In this document: positions 39,861 to 53,284 of the stretch, one piece after another
Position numbering within the stretch: position 1 is the first letter of the stretch
Layout of the letters: each line of letters begins with the position of its first letter
Source of the DNA: Isurus oxyrinchus
Lineage: Eukaryota
Length of the DNA stretch: 64,000 bases
Assembly (NCBI GenBank): GCA_026770705.1
Contig: JANJGN010000100.1
Coordinates: 992,001-1,056,000, forward strand
Direction of reading: 5' to 3'
Notes under the pieces: model-generated
Databases searched by the model: none
What the model was told of the DNA's origin: nothing
The model's input: the letters and a program-made list of their open reading frames with translations, nothing else
Translations under genes and position numbers: made by a program

Positions 39861-40891
39861 AAGGGGTAACCTATTTCATTCCATTCTGATTAATATTATT
39901 CGTATTCAGCGGCAGCTTCGTGGATACAGATGACAAAGAAATATTTGTAACGCTCGCTCTATTGTGTCCTTCATGAGGACACATCTGTGAACTCAATTCA
40001 CTGTTCGGTATTGTGTTGACATTGGAGTGGAAGCTCTTCTGTGTCAGAAGTTATGCATTGATTTCAGCTTAATTTGAAACAATACGAGAGAAAAGGACAT
40101 AGCCAGAGATGTTAACACGATTAGAAATGGATAAGGAATGAGAAACTGAAAAAGTGCGTTTGTGTGAGAGCTCAACAGAGAGAAAGTGAGAGAGAGATGG
40201 ACACAGAGACCAAATGTGATATATACGGATAAAGATAAGCAGGGAAAGCTAAAGATGCTAAAGATGTAGAGAGCGAGAGTACAACGTGAGAGAGAAGCTA
40301 TGTGAGAGGCAAATAGCCTGTCTTTCAAATCTAGAGATTAGTATGTAGTTTTGGGTAAGTTTATTAAGTGGTACTAAGCATAAATGAGTCACTGTAGTTT
40401 AGGTGCAGACCAGTCACGATATACATCAATGGTAAAATAAGTTGGAGGGGTTGAATGGTCTCTTCTTGCCCTTGTTACCCGCTAATTCATGGGATCCCAG
40501 ATTCCTCTCCCAGTACTATCTCTGACAGTATAGAGCAAGGGTGCACACAATGCGCTAAAGAGTGCATCAATGTCCTCTTCATAGATCCGTGATGTAGATG
40601 TGTGGTTAGTGCAATGGAGAACGATGAGATGACACACTGTTGTGATTTTAATGGTAATATTACCTTCAAAAAATAAACAACTGCACGAATGAAATAAGGC
40701 CCTTTAATTAAATACGAAATTTGGCTTACTGCACATCATGGCTCAGGCTGTCTTTTTCAAGCATGCTAGTCAAAATGCTCCATGATATCGCAGCTTGTGG
40801 ATCTGCACACGGCGTGACCCACCGCCGGCAGAACAGGATGGTTCCACTGAAAGGTGATATAGGGCGTAATTAAACACAAGTGCACATTTTT

Positions 40892-41801
40892 TTATTGTTG
40901 AGTAAATTTTACAATAAGAATCCATGGATATTTCAGCGCATTCTTTAACTGGTCTCTGAAATTACTCTGGGTGCCTGCATAAATAAACGGGTTTATACAA
41001 GAACTCAAAAGCTGAAGCATTATTCCGATTTCCTCCAGGACAAAATTTAGTCCATTGACACCAGAACCAGAAAAATACGTGACCCCCGCAATTCTGACAT
41101 AGAGACAATTAATTAGAAGCCAAATCCACAACAGGACGAAGTTTCCTGAGATACAAAAGAGCAAGGCGATGGACTTCCTCCGGTTCTCCATCTGTGGGTC
41201 GCTCTGATTCTCTCCATCTCTCTGCGTCCGGAGCCTCCTGCGGCTCTATTAGCCACTAGAATGTATCTGACAGTCCGAGCGTTGAGCAGTAAAATCAGAG
41301 TGAATGCGAGGCAAGGCATTAAAATGTGGAGAATCAGGTCATATGTGGTCCATGCAGGTGATGTATAAAATGTTCCTTTTACGCTGCAGAACCAGGGGGT
41401 ATTGTTAATTGTGTGCAGGGGCTCATATATAAAATACAGAAAGGAAGATTTGAAGCAGTTCACTACACAAACCGCACCTATAACATACGTCGCCATCTTC
41501 TCAGTGCAATATTTGACTTGGCGCTTCCGGCAGCAGATAGCCACAAATCGATCAAAGGTAAAAGCGATCGTTAACCAGGCGGAAGTGCCGAAAGCTACAG
41601 TGTTTAGCACGACACGAAGGCTGCATAAAGGTGTGATGGACAAAAAACTGTCTCGGAAATAGATGCCAACAATCCTGTTTAAGATCACGCTGGTAATAAT
41701 AACTAGGAGATCCGCCATTGCCATGGCCACCAGGTAGCGAGTGATGCACTTGGAAAGACCACACCTTCCTCTGGAAAGAATAGCAATAGCCACCAAGTTA
41801 G
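40892..41801 (-). CDS. GPR139-like class A GPCR copy D, exon 2 (single 1-nt frameshift at ~41242)
   Basis: Acceptor gttccag at 41802; ANLVAIAILSRGRCGLSKCITRYLVAMAMADLL...TFDRFVAICC...PCLAFTLILLLN...; GCC(C)GC lacks one C; then RRRLRTQRDGENQSDPQMENRRKSIALLF...LQLLSSCINPFIYAGTQSNFR...; stop 40892. Restoring one base gives a 326-aa 7TM protein with exon 1. Confidence 0.9.
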
Positions 41802-42339
41802 CTGGAACATAGTAAAAGAGGCAGAGAGAGAATGAGGAAATATGTAAAATGTATGTGTGTGACACAGCGAGAAAGGAACCGTTTTTAATCTTACACCAAA
41901 CAAAACCATCGGTTTTGCAGCACTTTCAGTGATACCTGCAGCTTTACCCATGACCCTGAGTTGGGAACTATAGCTGCCTCTACGGGCAGTTCCTGCGATT
42001 AAAATGATCATTCTTATTCGCAATACGGCAGCCCAAAGACATCAGAGCATACAATAATACAATGGAAGATAAAGGAAAACAAGGAGGCATCGGAAATTAG
42101 TTCAATCACAGAAATGCAAAAACTGGCCCTTCTCACAGGTCACATCCCCCTCAGCACAAAGATCGTCCTCGGCCCAAAGACATATGCAAAAATACTCACT
42201 TCTAGAATGCACGGTAATCAGCATGTTCGAAAGCTTCACAGAGAGAAGTGAATGAACAACTATCGCTTCCCTACTTTGGGAGGAGATGTTGGTGAATGCC
42301 TGTTCTAACTCCGGCCGCCTGCTTATGTAGTCATGCGGC

Positions 42340-42700
42340 TGTTCATGGCACAGTCACTGATCTAATAATCCAGAAATGTGGGTTAATGCGCCGTGGACGT
42401 GGGTTCAATCCTAGCACAGAAACTCGTGGACTTCAAACTCAATTAATACGTCTGGAATTGAAAGCTATTTCCAATAATTATACATGAAATTATTATTGTT
42501 TATCATACAACCTCGTCAGTATCACTAGAAGGACATCTACAATCACTTGATTTGGTCCACATGTGACTGCAGACGCACCGCAATGCGATTGACTCTGCCC
42601 TATACGATGGCCTGATTAGCCATTGGTTCAAGGACAACTAGGGTTAGAGAACAAAGACATGCCTTGACAATGGCACCCACATCCTATGACAGGGTGAAGA
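42340..42700 (+). mobile_element. HE1-like SINE in intron of copy D
   Basis: ctaataatccaga...gggttcaatcctagcac head; tail caaggacaactagggttag...gccttgacaatggcacccacatcctatg. Confidence 0.65.
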
Positions 42701-42929
42701 ATCGCCAGTTCGGTTTGAACCATTGAGCAAGTGGCAGGAGAGGAGGCTTCAATGAGCGGAAGGACCGTCCCCACTCCTCCCAGCCCCCGGCCCTTACAAT
42801 GCATTATCGTCATAATCGTACATTACATTGTTTGGAATATTGACCAGCTTATTCAGAGAGTGGATATCGAATTTAATGCTTATTTAAATGAAAGCAAAAT
42901 GCTGTGGCACTAGAGGTCTGAATTTAAAA

Positions 42930-43115
42930 AAAAAGAAATGCTAGGAAAAACTCAGCAGGCCTAGCAGCGTCTGTGGAGAGAGCGACAGAGTTAATGTTTC
43001 AAGTCCAATATGACTGGTGTTCCGAAGAAGAGTCATGCGCACTTGAAACATTCCTCCCCTTTCTCTCTCAACATATGCTACCAGACCTGCTGAGCTTTTT
43101 CCAGCACATTTTGTC
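42930..43115. mobile_element. Penelope-like palindromic repeat
   Basis: aaaaactcagcagg...tgtttcaagtc...atgact mirrored by agtcatg...acttgaaaca...cctgctgagctttttccagc; centre ~43020. Confidence 0.65.
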
Positions 43116-44126
43116 TTTAATACGTTTGTACTCGGATTCGAGAGCTGGTGAAATTTAAACAACCCCACACAATGTGGGGCAAATAGGTATATTCCCGGAC
43201 CTATCCAGTTGTTAGGATAAGAAAGAACACCAGAATTCAGCAGGGGTCACTTTGGAACCGTCAACAGCAGCAATGCGGAAGGCAAGAGCTTGGTTGAACC
43301 AATGAATTTTAAAAACAGAGAGCAGCGGCTGTCAGTTTGGGAAAAAAATGCAGACAAATTGAGAAAATGTATACCCGTCACATAGCTTATATTTCTGTTA
43401 AACATGGGTGTCTAATAATATTTCTTCAATAAATTCACAACTAACGTTCAATGAGACTAATGTAATGGTTAAATACTTTCAATCAGCAATGTAATTGTGT
43501 AAATTATTTATTGTCAATACAGGAAAAATGCATGAGAGCTATTTTTATGCCGTGATACCAGTGTGATAATTCACCAAGGGTAATAATGCCAATAACGAAG
43601 TAAAGCTACGTTTATGTTGAGATAACAACGTGACAATGTACCCACAGCAACATCCCAATAACGTAACAGAAATATATTTACATCTTGAGGTGCTATGGTA
43701 ATGGCAGGAATCAATTGTATAATCAATGGTTGCGGTAGGGAGTGGGGAGTGGTATCGATCAAGGACAGATGGTACAATATTAAAAAATGAAGATTTTATA
43801 CCGATAATGTGAAGAAAACCATGTTGATGAACTGATTGAAACGACGCTGTTAAAAGCGAGATATTGTGCCATCAACAGTAATAAATTACAGCGCTAATAT
43901 TGAAAAACCTAGTAGTAATATGTAAAATGGTAAAAATTATACTTTAAGTTAAGCAAAATTATACCAGCTATAAGGAGGGAAATTGCCCAGTGACAAAAAG
44001 ATCAAGTAAATTTTGACTTCAGATTGAAGGAAGAATATTGTACGATGGAGGAAGAGCTGCTGAGGATGAGCATTAATGCAGATATTCAGTGATACCGTAA
44101 GTTAATAAACGCCTACAATAATTTAC

Positions 44127-44196
44127 CTGGAATCCCGATAGCTGCGAGGACAGGATAGTAAATGGCAAAGACCAGGCCTTTTGGTGTTCCATGCAT
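44127..44196 (-). CDS. GPR139-like GPCR copy D, coding exon 1
   Basis: MHGTPKGLVFAIYYPVLAAIGIP + G|GTAAAT donor at 44126; intact. Confidence 0.9.
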
Positions 44197-44247
44197 CTCT
44201 ACCAGAAGCTCCGAGCGCGTTCTCGACTACACCGGGATATTGTCACA

Positions 44248-44340
44248 TTTATGCCTAACGTAAGGCTCCAGGGAGATAATTAGATGCATTGTTTCTTTTT
44301 ATTAATTGGACTGATTGAAACAACTAGTTAAGTCCAGCTG
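44248..44340 (-). promoter_or_regulatory. Proximal promoter of copy D
   Basis: CATAAA 44253-44248; TAATTATCTCCCTGGAG 44282-44266; ATTAATTGG 44301-44309; CAGCTG 44335-44340. Confidence 0.7.
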
Positions 44341-44669
44341 CTCCCAGGCGCATGTTTGTTGTTTTTGGGACGGACTGATTTTTTGAAGAGGTCAGCTTAA
44401 AACTGAAATAGCCCGACAATATCCGATGAGCCCAAATATATTTCTTCATCAATGATAATAAAAGGTTTAAAAGGAAGTTCCAATGATTAAAGTGAGCGTT
44501 GGACATTTTGCATTAGCGGGTTCAAAGTCCTCAGTGACGCAGTATCAGCACAAGAGAGAAATGAGCAGAGATATTCTGAATTAGAAAGATAACACAGTCA
44601 GGGCCTGGTCTAAATCATTTTTCATTCCGTGTGGTCACCGCTCACATGCAAAACAGTTACTGTGCATCC

Positions 44670-45180
44670 GCTTTAAAATTGCGATGTTTAATTCAGTTCG
44701 GTTATATTTAATGCGGACAGAACGAGTTTGATCTCACGGTAGTGAAATTGTTCAGTTCGCCATTGGCATATTTCTCCTGTATAGCACCCGGTCAGCAAAT
44801 TTGTATTCAGTGATGACAAGCCCACTTCAGTTCACAGCAGTGATATTCAGCGTGTCCCGGCCCAGTTCAGCGCGGTTATATTCTTTTGCCATGGCCCAGT
44901 TCAGCACCGTCGCACTCATGGTGTCCTGCTCCAGTACAGCGCGGCTATATTCAGTTTGGATTGCTCCATTTCAGCTCGGTTACATTCAGTGTTGACAAAT
45001 CCAGATGAAAATGGTTCTAATCATGTTGCACAGGTTCAATTCAGTGTGGGTACATTCCGTCTGTGCAGTTCCAGATACACACACTGAAATTCTGTGTTGA
45101 AATATTCTATTCAGTACCTATACTTTCAGCATGGACAGGCCCAGTTCAACACCGCTACTGCCAGAATGGCTGGTTCCACG
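44670..45180. repeat. Degenerate 35-bp minisatellite upstream of copy D
   Basis: gatattcagcgtgtcccggcccagttcagcgcgg, tattcagtttggattgctccatttcagc, ttcagcatggacaggcccagttcaac. Confidence 0.7.
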
Positions 45181-45749
45181 TCAGAGCGATTGTACTTTGT
45201 GAGCAATAAAACGTAAACTGCTGGAAATACTCGGAGCAGATGCTTTCAGACCATCTGAACATTTCGATCATGTTACTGTTAATTTTTATTTCCTATTTCC
45301 AAGTTTTGAAGTAGTGAGAGAAAGTGCAGGGAGGCGGTGATTGTGATCTTGTCGCTGACTAGTGTTCCAGAGACTCTTAGGACGGGAAACAGTCGTGAAA
45401 TTTGAATTCGATTGAAAACTGGAATTAAATGTCCGATGATGTGGTGAAAAAAAAACTATATGGACTTTAGGGAAGGCAGGTTTGAGAGTGCCCAGCAACA
45501 TTTGCTGACTGCAGCACGTCTTCGCATTAATTCTAATAAGGTTATTTTTTTCTGACAATTTTACCCCTCAGCCCCACTGCAAAGGTTGATGCATCATCTG
45601 CCCATACAGAAGCGCCCCTGAGAGAGAGCTGAAAAACATCATCCGCTGCACTGCGGCTGCGCGCTGCAATGGCTGCAGGTACAGACCGGATGGCCAGAAT
45701 TCTTTGACGAGGACTCCCTGCGAGTCGTTATCCAGGTTGCGAGGCCATG

Positions 45750-45940
45750 ACTGGAGGTGTTTCTGCCTCAAGATGGCAAGAACCTCCTTGGGGGAAGTCC
45801 GGGAACTCCCTCCCTAACAGCACCGTGGGTGTTCCCACAACACAGGGACTACAGCAGCTCAGCACTACCTTCTGAAGGGCAACTAGGATTCGGCGGAAAT
45901 GCTGATCCAGCCAGAGACGCCAACACCCCATGAAATATTA
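45750..45940 (+). mobile_element. HER1-like 3' tail
   Basis: ggaactccctccctaacagcaccgtgggtg...cagctcagcactaccttctgaagggcaactagg. Confidence 0.65.
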
Positions 45941-46824
45941 ATGTGAAAAATTTGACATCGCCCTAAGATCAAACAAGGCTGAATGGAGTTCGGAGAGGAG
46001 GTCAGCAATTGGGTATCCAAGCAGTTTCATAAGAGCCTGAATGACCATGTACATTCTGTGAAGGTCCGTGGTTGGCATTTTTTTCTGGTTTGAGCAGCCA
46101 CCTCAGGAAGAGTGGTCCGGGCCCACGCAACTAGGCACCTTGTTCAGTTTTGAACCACCTTCAGAAGGAGTCGTTAAGCATGCATTCCACCCTGTATTGC
46201 TCTCGGAGAGAAAGAGTGCTTTCAGAATGAAAGGGAAGGGTACGTCCTGATAACAAGAAAAGAGTGCGACCTACAGACTGGCATGCTGTGTACATAAAAG
46301 GGGTATTAATTTCAAGAGATGATCCCAAACCATCTGTCCCATTCCTTGCAGGAGAAGAGGAGACATAGCGGCCCGGAGCCGAGGACACCCGGCTCATGTG
46401 AGGACATTATGTCTATCTGCTCTTCATGAAGGAGCAGGTTCTTGAGCTGGCCGTTCATCAGTCATGCAGGACATTTGACAGTACAGAGGCTGGATTTCGG
46501 CGTGCTTGGGGTGGAGATTGTGAGGGTCTTCATCTGGCTTTGGGAAGAAGGTACAGATGGTGGCCGCTGGGTATGTTTGAAGGCCGCATGCAGCCCTTAG
46601 TGCATTCCAACATTAGCGGAGGGAGGAATGTTGGTGCGTCCGCTGAAATAAGGAAGTTCGTGATACTGGTCAACGGTTTCCATGGCGAGATTGTATGGGA
46701 AGAAAAGGTTTTCCCTGAGGTCAGCACGTTTGACAGTGAAGTCATTATGGCACCTTGCATTTATTTTTCAAAAGCTAATCCATCGAACATGCAACTAAAA
46801 GTGACAAAGAGCCAGCTTTGAGAT

Positions 46825-48785
46825 TGGAGGGGGCGGAAACGTTTTGATAACGTGACTGAATGAGTAAGCCAGAGGCAAATGTGAAAGCTCAGGACACGGT
46901 TCCAAATCCCATCACGGGAGCTGGTGAAATTTAAATTCAATTAATAAACCTGGAATTAAAAGCTACTCAAATCGTGACCATTACACTTTTGCCGATTATC
47001 TTCAAAACCTGGGTCACTAATATTCTTTAGGGAATGGGATCTGCCCTCCTTACTTGCTCTGACGTTTATGTCACTCCAGACCAACAACAATGGGGTTGTA
47101 TTTTTAGCGAGCTTTGCAATGAGTCAGCAAGACATTCGGCTCTATGAAAACAGCTGGAATGTTTAAATTGAAGGAAATCATAGTGAGCACATGGCAGCAA
47201 CTTGGGAGCCAGAAAGGGCAACGGAAAAAAAAAAAAGCCTTGTTAGCGATGTAAAGCCCTCCATTGTCCCAGAAACCTCCATCACCATCTCTGGCTAATA
47301 ACTGCTGAGCCGACAGGAGAGACTCGCCAGACGTGGTGGCACGGTGGTATGCAGTCGCCTGGGAATTTCCTTGGGAGACCTAAAGATAGATTCTGGATCT
47401 CATGCAGATTCATGTCATCAGGTCAAACATAGCCAAGGAAACCTCCTGTTGATTAGAGCCTCCACCACAAAGCGCCCACTAACGCCCACCTCCCCCCTCC
47501 CACCACCCACCAAACCACCACAGACGCATACATGCACTCCTCTCATTGATGATTTTGTACTGCTCAATGTTGAGCATCACTTGAAGGATGCACTGAGGGT
47601 AGAAAGGGCACGTATTGCACCCTGGGTTGGGAATTTCATTGCCCATCACCAATGGTTCCTCCGTAGCATGAATGCTGACAGAGCTGATCGTGTGCTCAAG
47701 AAAATAATTGTTAAACTTGGTCTCCAGCAGGTGGTAAGAAAATTACTTTACCTAGACCTCACAAATATAACTCTCCCAGAAGCATCTTCACATGACAGTT
47801 TTGGCAGGAGTGGACACTGCACAGCCCTGGTGGAGACGAAGTCTCGTCTTTCTACTGAATGCACCCTCCATCGTGCTGTGTGGCACCACCACGGTGGTAG
47901 ATGAGATAGATTTCGATGAGGTTTAGATGGCTCCTCAAATACTGAAGCAGTAGGGGTCCATATGCAACAAGACCTGGGCAGTAATCAGGTTTGGGGTGAT
48001 AATTAAAGTTTGAGTCACATAATTGCCAGGCTATGACCATCTCTATCCAGAGACAGGCTAACCATTGTAGCCTGACATTCAATGGCATTACCATCGCTGA
48101 ATCGCCTGTGTCAAAATATTTGGGCTTATCAATAACATGAAACTGAACTGGACCAGACATATCAGTATGGTTGTTGCATGTATAGATCAGAGGCTGAGCA
48201 TTCTACATAATAACACATCTCCTGTCTCCCCAAACTCTGCATACCATGTGCAAGACACAAGTCAGGAGTGTGATGGAATTATTTACATGTGTCTGGATGC
48301 GTTCAGCTCCAAAAGCAGCCAAGAATCTCGGCAGCATCTAGGAAAAGGTAGCCCGCTTGATCGATACTCAATCCTCCACCTTAAACATTCACTCTGTCCA
48401 CTTATGACGCACAGTGACAGCAGCGAGTACCATCAACAAGATGTATTGTGGCAACACTTTAAGGATCCTCAGACTTCCATACCCGCGACTTGAACCAGCT
48501 AGAAAGAAAAGGGCAACAGATACATGGTTACACCACAACCTTCAAGTTCAGCTCACAAGCAATTCACCATTCTGGCCTTGAATTGCATCACCATTCCTTC
48601 AATGTCATTGGGTCTTACTCGTGAAATCCCCTTCCTAACATAACTGTGGGTGCACCTACAGCACAAGGACTGCAACAGTTCAAGAAGGCGGCTCACCACC
48701 ACCTTCTCAGGGCAAGTTATAGATGGGCAATAAATGATGGCCTAGCCAGCGATGCTCGCATCGCATGATCAAATAAGATAATGAA
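46825..48785 (+). mobile_element. HE1-like SINE head followed by internally deleted HER1-like LINE (endonuclease remnant, RT C-terminus, tail)
   Basis: SINE-like 46830-47150; ORF 47344-47904 endonuclease-like (VKHSQGNLLL...VEHHLKDALRV...WVGNFIAHHQ); tail gttcaagaaggcggctcaccaccaccttctcagggc...gggcaataaatgatggcctagccagcgatgc. Confidence 0.75.
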
Positions 48786-49194
48786 GAAGGGGGCGCCTCA
48801 GAGTGGACATATTGCCATACTTCCACTGGACGTTGCAAGAGCCCTGATACTCGCATCCTACTCGATTAACATGCTTCAGCGAAGAGGAAACACACACTTC
48901 AAAAACTGAAGGCTGCACGAAACTGACACATGCAGGAATGTTGGAGGGCGGAGCCCCATTCTAATGATGGGAACAGGAGTGGACTGTCAGGGTGGAATGC
49001 TGCTGGAGTTGCAGGAATGTCTGGCTGATCTTAAATACGATATGTGTGACCTAGCACAGAGTGAAGAGGAACAATCCTAATGCATGCCTCCTGTGATCTC
49101 CTTCTCTTCAAAATGCATGTCTTCTCTCCTTGAGAGACTGGTAACTCATATGGATTTCCATGCCTAACAGCATTTTCAATGGCAGCTGGAAATA

Positions 49195-49620
49195 TGAACA
49201 TAAATGCATACGAATTAGAAGCAGGACTAAGGCACCTGGCACCTCGAGTCCTCTGCACAATTCAATCAGATAATGGGTGATCTGATATTAATCTGAGCTC
49301 AACTTTCCCGCTTATCCTCGATACCGTTTCACTCCCTTGGCTTGAGAAATATATCTAGCTCTGCCTTCGAAATATTTCAAGACACTGCTTCCATTGCCTC
49401 TGGGAGAAGAGATCTCAATGTTTTCCTTATCGCTACCTTAAATGGGAGACACCATATATTTAAACAGTAGGCTATCTCACAAGGGGGTTCATGCTGTACA
49501 CGTCCATCTTGCCACCTCCACTCAGGATCTTAATGGTTTCAATAAAGGCGTCTATTACATTTCAAACTTTTAGTGGAGTCAAGCCTAATGCGTTCCAAGC
49601 TATACTCTGGCTTCTTGCCT
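49195..49620 (-). mobile_element. CR1 3' end
   Basis: gaacataaatgcatacgaattagaagcaggactaaggcacc...ataatgggtgatctg; resembles 39355-39860. Confidence 0.7.
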
Positions 49621-50519
49621 CTGAGCTGATGCAGCCAGAGTCACCTTGATATGGTGAGGTCCTGGTTAGGGGTGGGGTGAGAGAGGGGGTGTGGAGGGGT
49701 GCGTGTGTGTTTGGAGAGGTACCAAGTGTTGAAGCCTGGCTCCAATGGCTCAAGTTGGGCGGGGCCTTCCTGGCGATGGACAACGGGAGGCCATCGCCCG
49801 GACACTTGTATTATAAAATGCCCCACCCGTCATCCCAGATGATATCGTTCGCCCCCATCTTTGACCTCTGGGGGAGGTGATGCAGGAGGTAACGTTGCTC
49901 CTGAACGTTCTGACGGGGCTATGTTGAGTGTGGGTGTTGATCTGGAGCCGCTAGCTGGCTCTACCTCTGCTCCAATCCCACCCAAGTGTCAAGGGCAGCG
50001 GGGTCCTCTCTGGGCCACTGGTGGCAGCTCAGAAGCCCACTCTGCATCAGACGTCAGGTCACCCGGTAAGTCTGGAAAAGTTTCTGGACTCTGGATGGAG
50101 GGGCCCTGCGCCGAATTTTGGGAGGGAGTGGTGTGGCCCTCCTCGCCACTGCTCCCTGAATGGTAAGGTGCTTTCGGGTGGGTTTTTCCACCTCAGGAAA
50201 GTATGGCAGGCCAAGCCGAACTTAGGGCAGTGGATAGGCAGGAGCATTCCACACTGGAGGTCACCTCTCAGTGCGTTGTCCTCATTTACTCAGCCAGTGG
50301 CACCAGCATCACAAGATGCCGCAGCAACACGTAGGACAGCTGAGGCTTTTTGAAAACCCTCATCAGGTCAGGGCCCACAGGCCGTCAGGAAAACAAAGAG
50401 TGCCCACCGACGTCATTCCAGGCATAATGGTTCGAGGATCAGCAGGCTGCATCCAGTGCAGCAGGCAGTGAAAGTGGAGCACCACAGTGCAACGGATGTA
50501 GAATACTTTAGAATTCTGG

Positions 50520-50995
50520 AGTATGATGTGCTAAAATATGAGGCTGTCCATTTTAGCAGGAGGAATAGCAAAGAGGCATATTACCTGAATTGTTAGAAAT
50601 TGCAGAGCTCCTGGATTGCAATAAGATCTATGTGCTCTGGTGCATGAATCGCAAACGGCTGGTATGCATGTTCAGCAAATAATTAGCAAATCTTGTTGAA
50701 TGTAATCGTTTATTGCGAGGGAGAGTGGATAGGAGAGTAGGGCGGCTATGCTTCAGTTGGACAGGGCATTGTTCAGGTCACACCTGGAAGTAATGTGTTC
50801 AGTAGTTGTCTCCTTTTTTTGGGAAAGATGTAAATGTGTTGCAAGCAGTTCACAGGAATTCTACTCGATTAATACCTGGAATGAGTGCGTTATCTTCTGA
50901 AGAATGGTTGGGCAGGCTAGGCATGTATCCGCTGGAGTTTGGAATAGCAAGGGGCGATTTGAAAGAAACATATAAGATCCTATGGAAGCTCTAAT
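50520..50995 (+). mobile_element. CR1 RT C-terminal fragment
   Basis: EAVHFSRRN...; KDVNVLQAVHRNSTRLIPGM...LGMYPLEF...RGDLKETYKIL. Confidence 0.85.
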
Positions 50996-51499
50996 CCTGT
51001 TCCAAATTCGTATTTTCATATGTTCATAAATGAAATGAGACACACGTGGGGAGAAAGGGTTGGTTATATCCTTTGTTTGTATTTGACATTAATTATTGAT
51101 TTACTTTGTTATAGGCTAAATTGTTATCTCATTTAGGCGGGTGGTCTCAGGGAAGCATATTGGCTTGAGGTGATGGTAGGCAGGAATTCGTCGGCCTTGT
51201 GTACACCTGTGGCGCTGCTTTGTGCTTACATCTCATTTCACTTATGGGCAATGACCCTTTTTGGGGGTGCTGATAGCTTGCAGTGACATAGCAAAGGCCC
51301 AAAATAGGACGATGTTTTCCACAGTTGTCTTCCACAGTTTTGGCATGAGATGTGTCTGTGCGCAAGATTCCCGCGTCTCCCTGTCACCATTTGCATTTGT
51401 CCCTTGTCTTCAGCTTCCGGTTTTGCTGGGTTCTATACCTCGTCCACTGATTTCTCCTCCATATCATCATCTGTAGATGGGCCTGATCCGTGAGATCCT

Positions 51500-52900
51500 T
51501 CTCTGTTAAGGCTTCTCCTCTCTGGAATTCCAGTTTATGCGGGCAAGGCAGACGGTGACATTCACCAGCTCACAATGAACATAACATGCTGAATGGAACT
51601 TTCCTATCCAACTAACCTGGACCGATGCAAAATACCTTGAAACATGCACAGTTGGGTCTGTCTCCACTCGACGTAATTTTGAAGCAAACAGTACAAAACA
51701 CAACCATGCTGAACAGGAAGTTTGCCCACTAGATGCAAAGAAGTACAACGATACCATTGCAAACTCAATGTAGCCGGGCATGGCATGTTCACACATAAGA
51801 GAATTCAAGTGGACTACTACATACCAAAGGCTACTGTTCAGAGACTGACCTGTGCATCTGGAATATAGCCTTCTTGATCTAGTTATTTACACACTGAATA
51901 TAGCCATACCAAATGAATTATTATGAGAAACAAAATGTTGGAAATACACATCAGGCCAGTTAGCATCTGTGGAGAGAAACTGATTTGACGTTTCACTTTC
52001 ATTATTGTTCATCAGAGTTTCAAAAATGTGAAATGTAAAACGTTTAAATGATTTTTTTAGGCAGACAAAGGGTGGGAGTGGGGAGGAAACATCAAAATGG
52101 AAATTATGTGATGGAGTGGAAGGAATGGGGTGTTATTAACAAAGTGGATGGTGCATAAAAATGCTAAAGGAGGTGGTAATGTTCAAATTATTCCCAGACT
52201 ACTTCGTTTCAAAAGGAACAACAAGTTAGTCGATCATTTCTTACAAATGACTTCCCTGTCAGGAAGACCAATTGAAACCAGTTTTCCAGAATTATCTTAA
52301 AATTACTTTGGCCAGGCATTCCTCAAAATTGCAGGCTTTCTGAGGCTTACAGAGTTTATCGCATTGCTGAAGAAGACCTTCTCAAATTAAGCCATGGCTT
52401 TCGGGAACTCGATCTGTGCAGGCTGAACGTGACTGTGCTAAACTGAAACTGCATGCACCGAATATGGTCCCTGAATGCTAGTCTTGGTAGGGCTGGGTGC
52501 AATCATGTTGAACTAATTTGAAATTTTTAACACTGTAAATTAATTAACTTGACTGGTGCAGTCCACCTGAAATTTTACCATGATGAACGGGATGAGTCCA
52601 CAATGACTTTACAGTTGCAGAACAGCGTTTAACGTGCTGAGTTGGACTTTTCTGCCCTGACTATAAAACCCGTGTACTGAACTCTATTTGTCAGAATTGA
52701 AGATAAATTGGAATTGTCCATACTGATTTTAAACATGCTGAAATGGTCCAGCCCCTGAATGCACGAAACACTGCTGTAATGAACCACTACATAATGAATG
52801 TATCCGCAAATATTTAAGATTGTACACGCAAAATCTATTTATGCTGACCTTAACCAGCTTGCAATGACCTTTAACAGGGCGAGCAAGACCGGCCGTCAAG
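51500..52900. repeat. Degenerate 35-bp minisatellite upstream of copy E (inverted), split by a Penelope-like fragment
   Basis: Reverse-complement units: catgctgaacagg, cagtccacctgaaa, catgatgaacgggatgagtccacaatg, catgctgaaatggtccagcccctgaatg. Confidence 0.6.
51928..52020 (-). mobile_element. Penelope-like repeat with CTGATGA...GAAACGTC core
   Basis: Reverse strand ctctgatgaacaataatgaaagtgaaacgtcaaatcagtttctctccacagatgct. Confidence 0.55.
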
Positions 52901-53284
52901 AATGCAACGATGTTGAACGACTTATCGTCACACCAAATTTACATGTGTTGAAGTGAGTGGGATTACCAGCAACTGTGACTGTGCACGTACAGTATATAAG
53001 CAGTGAGTTGGAAAAGACCGTACTGAAAAAGATAATGAAAAACTGGTCAGTGAACGCCGAAAATAATGCTAATTTAATGGATCTGCCTATAGTGAGTCCA
53101 AAAACAGTTGTGCTACAGTGTGTGCACTGTCTCAGAGACGTTTGGAACCACGTTGTGCTAACCCATGTTCACAAAGACTGAATATTAACCAGGATGGAGA
53201 AGTATGGCTGCGTTTTCTGTTAGGTGAAGGATACCGCTGATCAGTTTTACCTTCACCTGAAACAAAGTTTCTTTCTTTATCCTT

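Noticed and set aside
40892-44196. Calling these genes the GPR139 orthologue or canonical OR/TAAR/V1R genes
   Set aside because: They lack OR motifs (MAYDRYVAIC, KAFSTC) and TAAR motifs, are multi-copy and divergent from GPR139 itself; only family-level similarity is supportable, so no gene symbol is given.
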